52,821 nt of DNA, from positions 1 through 52,821 of IMG/VR virus record IMGVR_UViG_3300010397_000052; one strand, given 5' to 3'. The notes beneath the pieces are model-generated. The model saw only the letters and a program-made list of their open reading frames with translations, was not told the DNA's origin and searched no databases. The number at the start of each line of letters is the position of its first letter. Positions within the stretch are counted from its first letter, which is position 1. Shown here one piece after another: positions 43,050 to 51,720 of the stretch. This stretch comes from a virus. Taxonomy: Duplodnaviria > Caudoviricetes. Made by a program: the position numbers and the translations under genes.

Positions 43050-43469
43050 ATGAGCGCGAACAAAGTTTTGGAGAGAGCGAAAAATGCAGCTCAAAAATAC
43101 TTGGATCGGGCACCTGATCCAATGCCAAAAGCAGAGGCGATTAGTGCCTGCGCCTTGGTTCTTGTTCAGGTTGAAGAAGAGCTCTACAAATTGAAATCCG
43201 AAATCGAGACGCTTAAGGAATCTCGGGCCGTCGCCGTCGATTGTGAGCAAACCAGCCGCAATGAGGCTAACCGGCTGCGTGGCGAACTTGATGAATCACG
43301 GGGCAGGTTGCTTAAAGCGGAAAGCACCCTCGAAAGACTCAACTACCGACACTGCGACATTGCTGCTTGCGCTTGTGACGGCTACCATTTTTGGCCGCCT
43401 GCGAAACTCACCGATCGTCAGCACTTGGATCATCACTGCGGAGAAAATCCGGAAAAGATCTATGAGTGA
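43050..43469 (+). CDS. Hypothetical coiled-coil protein
   Basis: Heptad region followed by CDIAACAC. Confidence 0.6.
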   Translation: MSANKVLERAKNAAQKYLDRAPDPMPKAEAISACALVLVQVEEELYKLKSEIETLKESRAVAVDCEQTSRNEANRLRGELDESRGRLLKAESTLERLNYRHCDIAACACDGYHFWPPAKLTDRQHLDHHCGENPEKIYE

Positions 43470-43665
43470 AAAAACAGAACCTCAAACGCTACCTGATCCT
43501 GTCATCCAAAGCCTTAAGTTGTGGATGGCGGAAGTAACGAGCTTGCTCTGTCACCAGCCAGAGATCCCCCTGTCGCACAAAACCGATTTGTGCAGCGCGC
43601 TGACTGATTTCGACAGGGCGCTCGCCTTCTATACCGGTAAAGCTAGAGTCGACCAGAGCCAATGA
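43462..43665 (+). CDS. Hypothetical protein
   Basis: Overlap-coupled ORF. Confidence 0.55.
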   Translation: MSEKTEPQTLPDPVIQSLKLWMAEVTSLLCHQPEIPLSHKTDLCSALTDFDRALAFYTGKARVDQSQ

Positions 43666-43847
43666 AAGAGGAGCAGATTCGTTCGATGGGGGAGATCCAA
43701 GAGGCAGTTCGGGAGAAATTCAATCCGGAGTGGCGGCAGCAACTGGCGATGCACCTCGAGATGTTCGCTGGGCCAGGGACTCCGGTTGAACAACTGATGG
43801 CTTCGAAGCGCGCAGGGCGGGAAGCGCGACGGCGGCGCAAGCTTTAG
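43662..43847 (+). CDS. Hypothetical protein
   Basis: ATGA-coupled. Last rightward gene before the convergence point. Confidence 0.55.
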   Translation: MKEEQIRSMGEIQEAVREKFNPEWRQQLAMHLEMFAGPGTPVEQLMASKRAGREARRRRKL

Positions 43848-44107
43848 GGCTTTTTGCGGCGTCGCTTTTTGGGAGGGTGTTGGGCGAAGTATTTGGCGGG
43901 ATCGATGAAAGCGATAGAGCCGGATCCTGGCTCGCGTTTCCAGACAATGAGGATGTACTCGCCGGTGGCGAATTTGGCCGGCACAGGCTGAAGGGCCATG
44001 AGCATCGGCACGTCCATTTCGGCAAAGCGCCTCTGCAGGTTAACCATGCTCGAGGTAGCAAAGTCTCCGATCCGCGATCGCATTTTCCGTCGAAGCGCGA
44101 AGTCCAA
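43844..44107 (-). CDS. Hypothetical protein (start uncertain)
   Basis: Basic C-terminus. Convergent with 43662-43847. Confidence 0.45.
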   Translation of the reverse strand: MDFALRRKMRSRIGDFATSSMVNLQRRFAEMDVPMLMALQPVPAKFATGEYILIVWKREPGSGSIAFIDPAKYFAQHPPKKRRRKKP

Positions 44108-44133
44108 TATCCGTTCATGGAGTAGAGTAGGCC

Positions 44134-44271
44134 ATGGCTATAAACGCATTTACGATTCTGGTTGTGATCAGTCTGCTCCTGGCAGTGGGTTCGATGATCC
44201 GTCCTCAGTGGCCTTTGCTGGCTGTGGCGGTGTTGCTCCTGGCAGTGGCGCTACTCATTGGGGGGAAGTGA
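44134..44271 (+). CDS. 45-aa two-TM micropeptide (not in ORF track)
   Basis: MAINAFTILVVISLLLAVGSMIRPQWPLLAVAVLLLAVALLIGGK fits the gap between two minus-strand genes. Confidence 0.6.
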   Translation: MAINAFTILVVISLLLAVGSMIRPQWPLLAVAVLLLAVALLIGGK

Positions 44272-44273
44272 TT

Positions 44274-44819
44274 TTAGCGTAACCTCGCAGCGCAGATCAT
44301 TTTCTCAATCTGCAAAAGCGCCTCATCTAGTCGATCGCAGCGCCGCCTTTGATCGGCTGCCCACTTTACGAGCGCAACGCTGGCGCAGTTGTGGGCATTG
44401 AGGGTAGTGAAATCCAATTTGCACCCGAGCACCTCCTCGATCCCGGTTTTCCATTTTTCATCCCTGGCGCTTGCCTCCTTAACCGCGAGCCCGAGATCAT
44501 GGCGGCAAGCCTCAAGCTGTGCAGTCGTTTCATTCCAGCTTTTCCTATCCTCCTCGAGCTCTTTTTGGAGGCGTCGTAAATTTGCGCGCAGCCGGCCGTT
44601 GTCCTCCTCGAGCACTTTGTATAATTCTCGCTCGCGATCGAGATTTTTTTGCAGGTTTGCGAGCTCCTCATTAAGGACTTTGTTTTGGTGGCGCTCGAGC
44701 CCTAACACTGCAGACTCGCCCTGGCATTCCTTAAGGGTGTCCTCGATAAACTTGGCCAGGGATCGAGCGTGAGCCTCACTGACAAAAAAATCTCTGGCGT
44801 ATTCCAAGGGCGTTTTCAT
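44274..44819 (-). CDS. Coiled-coil hypothetical protein
   Basis: Long heptad region. Coupled ORF. Confidence 0.65.
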   Translation of the reverse strand: MKTPLEYARDFFVSEAHARSLAKFIEDTLKECQGESAVLGLERHQNKVLNEELANLQKNLDRERELYKVLEEDNGRLRANLRRLQKELEEDRKSWNETTAQLEACRHDLGLAVKEASARDEKWKTGIEEVLGCKLDFTTLNAHNCASVALVKWAADQRRRCDRLDEALLQIEKMICAARLR

Positions 44820-45103
44820 TTATTTCCGATCTGTGGTCTGACTTTGGGGTTTTCCTCTTCAAATTCCGTGAGCATTGCCAGGACTTGGAAGAGGTTTTCT
44901 TGGCGCATTATGGTGTAGCGCAGGAACATGATCCCGCACCTGCAGCGCTCGCAGAATGGGCCCCCATGGTTCACCCTGGCCGCGTTTCCGATGCCGCTCG
45001 CCTCGCACTTTTTGTGAGTGTCATGGCACGGGATTTTCGCTTTGCAGGTTTCGCACAAGTGCCAGTGGTCTACTGACTCCTCACTGAGTGGCTCCGTGAT
45101 CAT
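44816..45103 (-). CDS. Cys-containing hypothetical protein
   Basis: CETC and CERC. Coupled ORF. Confidence 0.6.
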   Translation of the reverse strand: MITEPLSEESVDHWHLCETCKAKIPCHDTHKKCEASGIGNAARVNHGGPFCERCRCGIMFLRYTIMRQENLFQVLAMLTEFEEENPKVRPQIGNK

Positions 45104-45456
45104 TCTGGTGCTCCTCTCTCTCCATCGTTGCAGCCGTCAAATTCAAGCCCTGGCTGCTTATGGATTACCTCTTCCAGTTGCTGCAGGCAGAAGCGGCTCA
45201 CAGGTTCAGCGCGGTACTCTTCAACCATCTTGAGCGCGATCTCCTCACTCACTGGTGAGATGCAATAGATCGCTTCCGGCCGGTAAAAGCGCGTGAAAGC
45301 TTTTTCGGTTTTCACCTCCGGCACGTCGACGCGCAGGAAAGCGCCTCCGGCGATCACTGTTTCAGTGCATTTGCCGATGATCCGGTTGTGTCCGAATAAT
45401 TCGACAAGGCACCATTCTTCAAACTTTGCTACAGGTTCATTGGGTGTTTGGGTCAT
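45100..45456 (-). CDS. Conserved phage protein
   Basis: W.LVELFGH..I.G...E....G..FLRVDVP.....FTRFY...AIY.I.P.SEE.A family pattern. Confidence 0.75.
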   Translation of the reverse strand: MTQTPNEPVAKFEEWCLVELFGHNRIIGKCTETVIAGGAFLRVDVPEVKTEKAFTRFYRPEAIYCISPVSEEIALKMVEEYRAEPVSRFCLQQLEEVIHKQPGLEFDGCNDGERGAPE

Positions 45457-45715
45457 AACGAGTGGTATTTACGAGTTTAAGGATGCGAGCGGGGATCTTG
45501 TAACGGCGCTCAGAGCCGGAGCTCGAGCCGGCTGGCGCTTTGGGTTTCGGCCAGCAATGCCAGCGCATACAATCTCCGCACTGCCAGGAGATGAGGGATG
45601 AGGTGCACATCGAGCCCAAAAACTTGTCCAGTGCTTTCTTGCTGAGGAAGGCCGGGAGGTTCGCCACCTCGCAGATCGGCGCGCCTCCTGGCCAGCGTGC
45701 GGGAGCGAGACTCAT
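45437..45715 (-). CDS. Hypothetical protein
   Basis: CGDCMRWH. Coupled ORF. Confidence 0.55.
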   Translation of the reverse strand: MSLAPARWPGGAPICEVANLPAFLSKKALDKFLGSMCTSSLISWQCGDCMRWHCWPKPKAPAGSSSGSERRYKIPARILKLVNTTRYDPNTQ

Positions 45716-46266
45716 GGCTTACGGATCCTGGCCGGTATCACATGATACCCGGGAGTGACGTAGGTTGCCTCCTCAGAAAAGGGGCTCTCAAACCCTTGCA
45801 GGTTGTAAGCCGTGACGGCAAAAAAATACGCTGTGTTGGTGTGGAGCCCGAGCAAGTCCCAAGTCAAGGCAGCGCTGCAGTCGACCGAATTGGTATAAGC
45901 GCGCTGGCCGCACCCCCAATAAAGCCGATACCCGTCCGTGCCTGGAGTTGGACTTGGATCCCATGCCAGCCTTACTCCTGGCTCCTCCCAAACGCGGTAA
46001 AACGCTGGCGGCGGTTCGCGCACGACGTAAACGCGCAGGTTGGTGTTGGTCACCTCTGACCAGCTAAACAGGTTGGGCGAGTTGAAAACGTGCACGGGCC
46101 CTGCGTTAGTCCACTCGAGCAGCAGGCTCAGAGTCTTTGCCTCCTCTGCCAGGGCGGCGCGAGGTTTGTATTTCACTTTTGGCGGGAGCGGCACAGCCGG
46201 CGTTCGAGTCGCCGGCCGTGCGCAACCGAAAAGCAAAATCAGGCTAATCAGAGCCAGATTCTTCAT
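45712..46266 (-). CDS. Fibronectin type III domain lipoprotein
   Basis: MKNLALISLILLFG-C lipobox. LAWDPSP.....GYRLYWG.....YTNSVD......L.GL...T.YFFAVTAYN..G.ES.FS.E. Confidence 0.85.
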   Translation of the reverse strand: MKNLALISLILLFGCARPATRTPAVPLPPKVKYKPRAALAEEAKTLSLLLEWTNAGPVHVFNSPNLFSWSEVTNTNLRVYVVREPPPAFYRVWEEPGVRLAWDPSPTPGTDGYRLYWGCGQRAYTNSVDCSAALTWDLLGLHTNTAYFFAVTAYNLQGFESPFSEEATYVTPGYHVIPARIRKP

Positions 46267-46546
46267 TCTCTTCCCCGGGTTCGACTTTGACGGTACGGAC
46301 CTTGGCATGATTTTTACCTTTTTTGAGGAGCAACTCTTGATCCCCGAAACGGTAGCGCTCGATCCCTTTCTCCGCCATGAGATCGAGCATTTTGGTTTCG
46401 ATTGCTCCCAACTCCTCCGCGAGCTCGCTCTTCTTGTCGCGGATATCGATGAACTTGTAACCCAAGGTTTCGAGCGCTTTGATTTTTGGCAGGCTCACTC
46501 CCGGCGAATTTCCGAGATCGAGATCCTGAGACTGTGGACGGGCCAT
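46244..46546 (-). CDS. Hypothetical protein
   Basis: Helical ORF with AT-rich upstream region. Confidence 0.7.
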   Translation of the reverse strand: MARPQSQDLDLGNSPGVSLPKIKALETLGYKFIDIRDKKSELAEELGAIETKMLDLMAEKGIERYRFGDQELLLKKGKNHAKVRTVKVEPGEENEESGSD

Positions 46547-46597
46547 TAACTATCCTTTCTGTTTTGAGGTTTATTGGTTGAAGTGACTGCAGGGAAA

Positions 46598-47167
46598 TTA
46601 TCGGCGTCGATCCGGAGGCACAAAAGGCAAGCCAACAAATTTGAAAATGTCCTCCTCGCTATAGACTGGCCAATGCTGGCGCTCCCTGGAATTTACAAAC
46701 CCAGATCCATACGCCTCGAGGTTCCAGCCTTTCCTTTTGGCCAGGGTCGCAACCTTGATATTCAGCATTTTCGGGCCAGTCCTGATAAAGAGCGTCATAA
46801 ACCAGTTGCTCTCAGTCGTGAAAAAGAAATCGACGGGGATCCCGCTATTGGTGTGCACAGCCAGCTTATTTTTCTCTCCCCACATTTCGCTTCCGGACGA
46901 ATTACGCCGCCTCCAAAGCGTGCTCCATTGGATCATTCGATCGAGCTCCTTGGCGGTGTGATCAACGGCGGTTTTCTTGTCCCCGAACAGATCGTCATCG
47001 CGAAGCTCGATCTTAGGGATGATCACAAACTCGATATCGGAAACGAATCTCAAGCCGCGGCGCAGGGAGCCAGCAACCTTGAGGCGCATAGCGTGAGGCT
47101 GCAGCGCCGTGTAGAGCTCCTTTGCCACCTCGAGCGCTGTCTCGCGAGGGAACTTGCCTTTGCTCAT
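46598..47167 (-). CDS. polX: Minimal family X DNA polymerase / nucleotidyltransferase
   Basis: VAGSLRRG....SDIEFV, PVDFF, RTGP...N......A..KGW.L..YG, SEEDIFKFVGLPFVPP..R. Confidence 0.85.
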   Translation of the reverse strand: MSKGKFPRETALEVAKELYTALQPHAMRLKVAGSLRRGLRFVSDIEFVIIPKIELRDDDLFGDKKTAVDHTAKELDRMIQWSTLWRRRNSSGSEMWGEKNKLAVHTNSGIPVDFFFTTESNWFMTLFIRTGPKMLNIKVATLAKRKGWNLEAYGSGFVNSRERQHWPVYSEEDIFKFVGLPFVPPDRRR

Positions 47168-47622
47168 GACTCAGTGCTTTCCGGCAATGCCTTGAAGCCT
47201 CCGGCTCTCATCGCCTCAAACAAAGTTTGTTTGCCGTCCCAAGCGTAGGGAAGGAAAACCTGCAGCGCCTCCGCCTGTTTCATTTCCACCATGGACACTT
47301 GCACGTCAATCCAGTCCTGTACCAGTTTCCAAGCTGTTCGCTCCGCCTGCTCGAAGAGCGTTTTCTTGGCTGCCTCTCGAGGCTGCCGGTGCGTCGCGCA
47401 GTAGTGCCGCCAGAGCGCCTCATAACAGGCGTGCACATTGGCCGGGAGCCGAATCGGGATCGATCGCTTGCCGTCCGGAATGTTGAATATAATGGAAATG
47501 ATCGAGGAGTTTGGACCGTAGGTTTTAGTTATGTGCGTCGCGCCAATGGCCGCGAGCTTCCACTCGATCCGGCTGATCGTTGTCTCTTTGGCGATCCCTG
47601 AGGTGTAATTTTTGATGTTCAC
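47164..47622 (-). CDS. Conserved phage protein
   Basis: KNYTS......TIS.IE..L...GA..I...Y ... RLPANV ... QAERTAWK...DW ... VFLPY. Confidence 0.75.
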   Translation of the reverse strand: MNIKNYTSGIAKETTISRIEWKLAAIGATHITKTYGPNSSIISIIFNIPDGKRSIPIRLPANVHACYEALWRHYCATHRQPREAAKKTLFEQAERTAWKLVQDWIDVQVSMVEMKQAEALQVFLPYAWDGKQTLFEAMRAGGFKALPESTES

Positions 47623-48551
47623 AGCGGGAAGGGCAAAGTTTTGCAGGTGAAACCGCACGCGCCTTTGTGCCCTCCGCCTCCGTGCTTGGCGGCAATCTTC
47701 GAAAGATCCAGATCGGTTTTGTGCTTGGCGTGATAGAGGCTCACATTCCATTGCCGGCCGTCCCAACAAAAGCCCATGAGGGCATCATGGCCAGTTGCCT
47801 CAATATCGCGGCTCGCGAAAAACATCGAATTGAAGCGCGCAGAATTGATGCACAGGAAATTGAGCTCCTCCCATTTCATCAGAAAGCTCCTGGCCCTGCA
47901 GGTGTCAGCATCGACCTGTTTAGCGTAGCGCTGGGCCAAGTCTCCGCCAAAGAGCATGTTCTTGAGGATCCGCTCATCGTTGGCGAAAAGCGCGTGATAC
48001 GTGCTGAGCCCAATCTCCCCGCACTTGAGCGCATACTGGAAAGTTTCGGCCGCGGGATTGCGCTTATCCCAAATGTCGTACTCGCCAGCCAGTTGCACAG
48101 CCAGGGGCTCTTTTACCAGTCGATCAATAAACTCCTGCTTTTTGGGCAATCCTCCGCCGATGTTCCGGATGCTGTAGTTGAGAAACCATTGCCAAGCCAA
48201 CCGGCACGCGGCAACTCCGTCGATCCGATAGCCAGGGATGCCCGTTGGGTGTGAGGCGATCGACGTCGCATGATGATCGATCCAAATGAACCTTTCCCAA
48301 TTAAATCCCGGCAGATCGGAGGCATCGAAGCCAAAAGTCTTATCCAATGGGAGATCCATCACGTAAACCCGATCTGAGTCAACGATCTGCGAAAGAGTTA
48401 GAAACTCATTTGGAAAGTCCCATCCGATAAACTCAACCTCAGGCGGAGGCGAGCCAGGGCTATAGCGATCGATGAGCAGGAAATGCCGTGCGATCTCGCG
48501 GCAGAAAATGCCATCAGCGTCTGCGGAGTGGTGAATTACGGTGATCTTCAT
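47619..48551 (-). CDS. DHH/DHHA1 phosphoesterase
   Basis: HSADADG, VMD, WIDHH, YDIW and HGGGGHKGACGF. Confidence 0.92.
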   Translation of the reverse strand: MKITVIHHSADADGIFCREIARHFLLIDRYSPGSPPPEVEFIGWDFPNEFLTLSQIVDSDRVYVMDLPLDKTFGFDASDLPGFNWERFIWIDHHATSIASHPTGIPGYRIDGVAACRLAWQWFLNYSIRNIGGGLPKKQEFIDRLVKEPLAVQLAGEYDIWDKRNPAAETFQYALKCGEIGLSTYHALFANDERILKNMLFGGDLAQRYAKQVDADTCRARSFLMKWEELNFLCINSARFNSMFFASRDIEATGHDALMGFCWDGRQWNVSLYHAKHKTDLDLSKIAAKHGGGGHKGACGFTCKTLPFPL

Positions 48552-48702
48552 TGGGTTGTAGTGATTGCTCGAGCCGGATAACGATTTCTGCCGGGAGCGT
48601 TCTTTTGTTGCGCTTAGCTTCATCCTCTAACCGGTTGGCCAACTCGATCGGGAGTCTCGGGAAGTAGAAGCCGCTTTTAAGTTTCTTGTTGCGAGTTGCC
48701 AT
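48514..48702 (-). CDS. Arc-like ribbon-helix-helix regulator
   Basis: RLP.EL..RL..EA..N.R.L.AEIV.RLEQSL. TAGTAT box 7 nt before the ATG suggests a leaderless transcript. Confidence 0.85.
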   Translation of the reverse strand: MATRNKKLKSGFYFPRLPIELANRLEDEAKRNKRTLPAEIVIRLEQSLQPNEDHRNSPLRRR

Positions 48703-48751
48703 GGCGCGCATACTACAAAGCCGTAGCTATACCGCAATAAGATAATTCAAC

Positions 48752-50551
48752 ATGATTAAATACGGGCTTTCCTGGCCAGATAACTACACAGCCGTAAACG
48801 TGGAAATCGATATGATCCGCGCTGGCGGCAAGATTGAGCGCGGCGGCAAGAGCTACGGCGAGGGGCTCTTTCATCATTACCGGTGCATGTTCAATCTGCT
48901 CTGGCCGGAGGATGATCATCACCGTTGGAGTGATCTCTGCCTCAAGCGCAAGACCGAGCATGAGATCGTGATCATGATGGGCAGCGGCGACTCCAATAAA
49001 ACCTACATCAGTTCCAAATACGTCCTCTGCAATTGGTGGGTTCTTCCATTCAATACCCTCTGGATCATTTCGAGCACAGAGTTGCGCGGCGCAGAGCTCC
49101 GGAATTGGGGCGCAATCAAAGGGCTTTTCAATCGTGCTCGAGAGCGGTTCCCATGGCTGCCGGGAGTGGTCCTCGAGTCAAAGACGTGCATAACTCCCGA
49201 CGTCATCTCAGAGGGTGGCGTTGCTGGGCGGCTCCTCACCAAAGGGATCATCTTTGTCCCCTGCAAAAAGGGCGGCCAATGGGTGGGCATGGGCGCTTAT
49301 GCCGGCGTGAAACCGCCCAAGGGCGGCCGCCTGGGCCATTTCGGGGATGAGGTGAGCTTCATGCATCCCAATTTCCTCAATGCTTACGCGAATTGGTACG
49401 GGAAAAACTTTGAGGCGATTTTGGACGGCAACCCTACGGACCTTGACGATCCGTTGTGCACGGCCGCAAAACCGATCGGCGGCTGGGAGGCGTGGAAAGA
49501 CAACGGCAAAACGCAGGAATGGTTAAGCACCTTTTACAATGCTTGGGTGATCGCTTTGGATGGGCGCGACTCACCCAACATGGATCAACCCAAGAACCTG
49601 CCGCCTCGCTACCCCTATCTCATTCACTGGAAAAAGCATGAGGCAGTCCTCCGGCTCCATGGTCCGGACCATCCCCTTTACTGGCAGCAATGCGTAGGCA
49701 AGCCGCTCCCCGGCACGGAGAAATTCAGAATCATCCCGCACTCCCTGCCAGAGACAAGCGGCGCGTACGATCAGGTTGTATGGGAAGGATCGGACATAAC
49801 CGATATTGTCTCGCTGGATGCCGCTTACGGTGGCGAGGGTGGCGATCGCTGTATTCTCACGCACTTGCGTTTCGGCCGCGATATCGAGGGGCGCGACGTG
49901 ATCGAGGTGAAAGCTCAGCCAACCGTCCCCGTCGCAGTTCAGACCGGAGGCGATCGAGTTGAAAAGCAGATCGCCAAATTCTGTAGATCCTATTGCGAGG
50001 GTTACAAGATCCCTCCCTCGAGCTTCTACTTCGACGGCCGGTCAACCCTGGCAGTTACCTTTGCTCAGGTGTGGTCTGCGGAAGTCAATGTGGTGGACTT
50101 CGGAGGGCCAGCCACCAAGCGGCCGGTTTCGCAGGATGAATTTGTTATCGACAAGGACACAGGCGAAAAGCGGCTCAAACGCTGCGATGAGCATTACTCC
50201 AAATTCGTTACGGAGCTTTGGTTTTCCATCTACTACCTGATGATCGGCCGGCAGATTCGCAACCTGCCAAAGGATTGCGCCACGGAGCTCCGGAGGCGGA
50301 TCTGGCGTTTGGTTTCCAAGAGCCGAATTGAGGCAGAGACAAAGAAGGAAATGAAAGAGCGCCTCACGGAGAGCCCTGATATGGCTGATTCGCTGGTGAC
50401 GGGTGTTGAGGGAGCGAGGCGGCAAGGTTTCCTGATCGCAATCCTCAAAGATGTAACGGCGCAAAAGCAGGAGGATGACGATTGGCTCGAACAAGAACTT
50501 GCTAAGCATCGGGAATTTATGCAAAAGACAGAGCTTAAGTCGCGAAAATGA
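48752..50551 (+). CDS. terL: Terminase large subunit
   Basis: Deviant Walker A GSGDSNKT, Walker B FGDE, GNP coupling motif, nuclease SLDAAYGGEGGD.C and SPDMADS. Confidence 0.88.
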   Translation: MIKYGLSWPDNYTAVNVEIDMIRAGGKIERGGKSYGEGLFHHYRCMFNLLWPEDDHHRWSDLCLKRKTEHEIVIMMGSGDSNKTYISSKYVLCNWWVLPFNTLWIISSTELRGAELRNWGAIKGLFNRARERFPWLPGVVLESKTCITPDVISEGGVAGRLLTKGIIFVPCKKGGQWVGMGAYAGVKPPKGGRLGHFGDEVSFMHPNFLNAYANWYGKNFEAILDGNPTDLDDPLCTAAKPIGGWEAWKDNGKTQEWLSTFYNAWVIALDGRDSPNMDQPKNLPPRYPYLIHWKKHEAVLRLHGPDHPLYWQQCVGKPLPGTEKFRIIPHSLPETSGAYDQVVWEGSDITDIVSLDAAYGGEGGDRCILTHLRFGRDIEGRDVIEVKAQPTVPVAVQTGGDRVEKQIAKFCRSYCEGYKIPPSSFYFDGRSTLAVTFAQVWSAEVNVVDFGGPATKRPVSQDEFVIDKDTGEKRLKRCDEHYSKFVTELWFSIYYLMIGRQIRNLPKDCATELRRRIWRLVSKSRIEAETKKEMKERLTESPDMADSLVTGVEGARRQGFLIAILKDVTAQKQEDDDWLEQELAKHREFMQKTELKSRK

Positions 50552-50730
50552 AATCACTCCCGCTCCCAAACTCAGTCCTCCCGGCAAAGCTTTACGTGAT
50601 TTTAGACGGCTCCGGTAAAGTCGTGGATGAGGTAACCGCGAGCAACTCCTGGCAGGCGCTTCAGACAGCCAGTGAGCGCGCCAAGGATCCAACCAAGTGC
50701 CGCACTGCAATCCTCAAACCCAAGCCCTAA
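50548..50730 (+). CDS. Hypothetical protein
   Basis: ATGA-coupled to terL. Confidence 0.6.
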   Translation: MKSLPLPNSVLPAKLYVILDGSGKVVDEVTASNSWQALQTASERAKDPTKCRTAILKPKP

Positions 50731-50733
50731 GTT

Positions 50734-51039
50734 ATGGATCAACCTTTCTCTCGTAGCACGTTTCCAAATGGCGGCTGGCAATTCCTGCAGCCTCAAACCA
50801 TGTGGAAAGCTCCGACTCCGATCGCGAGCACCTTTACGCAGACTGTAGAGCTCATTATCAAGCATCGGATGAAAAATCCGGCGATCGTCGCGCAGCACGG
50901 GCTCTCCCTGGATCCGGTTGCAGTGGGCAACGAGCTCGAGGCTTACAATCTCCAGCGCCTGGGGCTGCAGTTACCTCCGGCGAGCCCATCGGCCGGACAA
51001 GTTGTCGTGCCTCTGGCAACCTCCTGCTGCGGTCACTGA
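50734..51039 (+). CDS. FPNGGWQF-domain protein, short paralog ending SCCGH
   Basis: Clear protein and DNA similarity to the N-terminus of 51043-51720. Confidence 0.75.
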   Translation: MDQPFSRSTFPNGGWQFLQPQTMWKAPTPIASTFTQTVELIIKHRMKNPAIVAQHGLSLDPVAVGNELEAYNLQRLGLQLPPASPSAGQVVVPLATSCCGH

Positions 51040-51042
51040 TTT

Positions 51043-51720
51043 ATGCAGACATTTAATCGATCAGTTTTCCCAAATGGCGGCTGGCAATTTTACCAGAGCC
51101 AAAGCAAATGGAGTGCGCCCAATCCCAAGGGCAATACTTTCGATCGGCAGGTGGCAGAGATTATCGAGCATCGGAAAAGAAATCCCGCGATGCTGATTCA
51201 GCACAAGCTTTCCATCGATCCGGCCGTAGTGGGCAACGAGCTCGAGAGCTTCAACCGTGCGCGCCTGGGCATCCCGGCGATCCAGCCAGCGCGCCAGGAG
51301 ATCCCCCCTCCGGAAAGCTCCCCGCTTCTTTCGGTACCGGTACGCGACGCGATTTCAGCCGTGAAAAAGATTGCGGCCGGAGCGGCGCTGCTCATGGAAT
51401 GGGAAGAGAGCGGCTTGCCTCCAGAGCCTGCAGCGGTTTCAGAATCCAGGGCGGCAATCTGCGCCGTCTGTCCCAAGAACGAAAAGGGCAAGAGCCTCAC
51501 GGAGCTCTTCACGGTCCCGGCCGCAAACCGGATCAAAGAGAAACTGAAGCGCTTGCATGAAATGGATCTCAAAACCTCGAAGGACGCGGAGCTAAACGTC
51601 TGCAGCGCCTGCCTTTGTCCCCTCAAGCTCAAGGTGCATACCCCTATGAGCCTGATCCAGAAACGTCTCAAACCGGAACAGCGCGCAGAGCTCGATCCCA
51701 AATGCTGGATCCTGGCGTGA
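51043..51720 (+). CDS. FPNGGWQF-domain protein with C-terminal Cys-rich domain
   Basis: R.AICAVCPKN...CSACLCPLKLKVH...CW. Confidence 0.75.
   Translation: MQTFNRSVFPNGGWQFYQSQSKWSAPNPKGNTFDRQVAEIIEHRKRNPAMLIQHKLSIDPAVVGNELESFNRARLGIPAIQPARQEIPPPESSPLLSVPVRDAISAVKKIAAGAALLMEWEESGLPPEPAAVSESRAAICAVCPKNEKGKSLTELFTVPAANRIKEKLKRLHEMDLKTSKDAELNVCSACLCPLKLKVHTPMSLIQKRLKPEQRAELDPKCWILA

Noticed and set aside
50734-51290. Duplicated sequence as DGR template/variable repeat
   Set aside because: No reverse transcriptase is present, differences are not adenine-specific, and both copies are coding paralogs.
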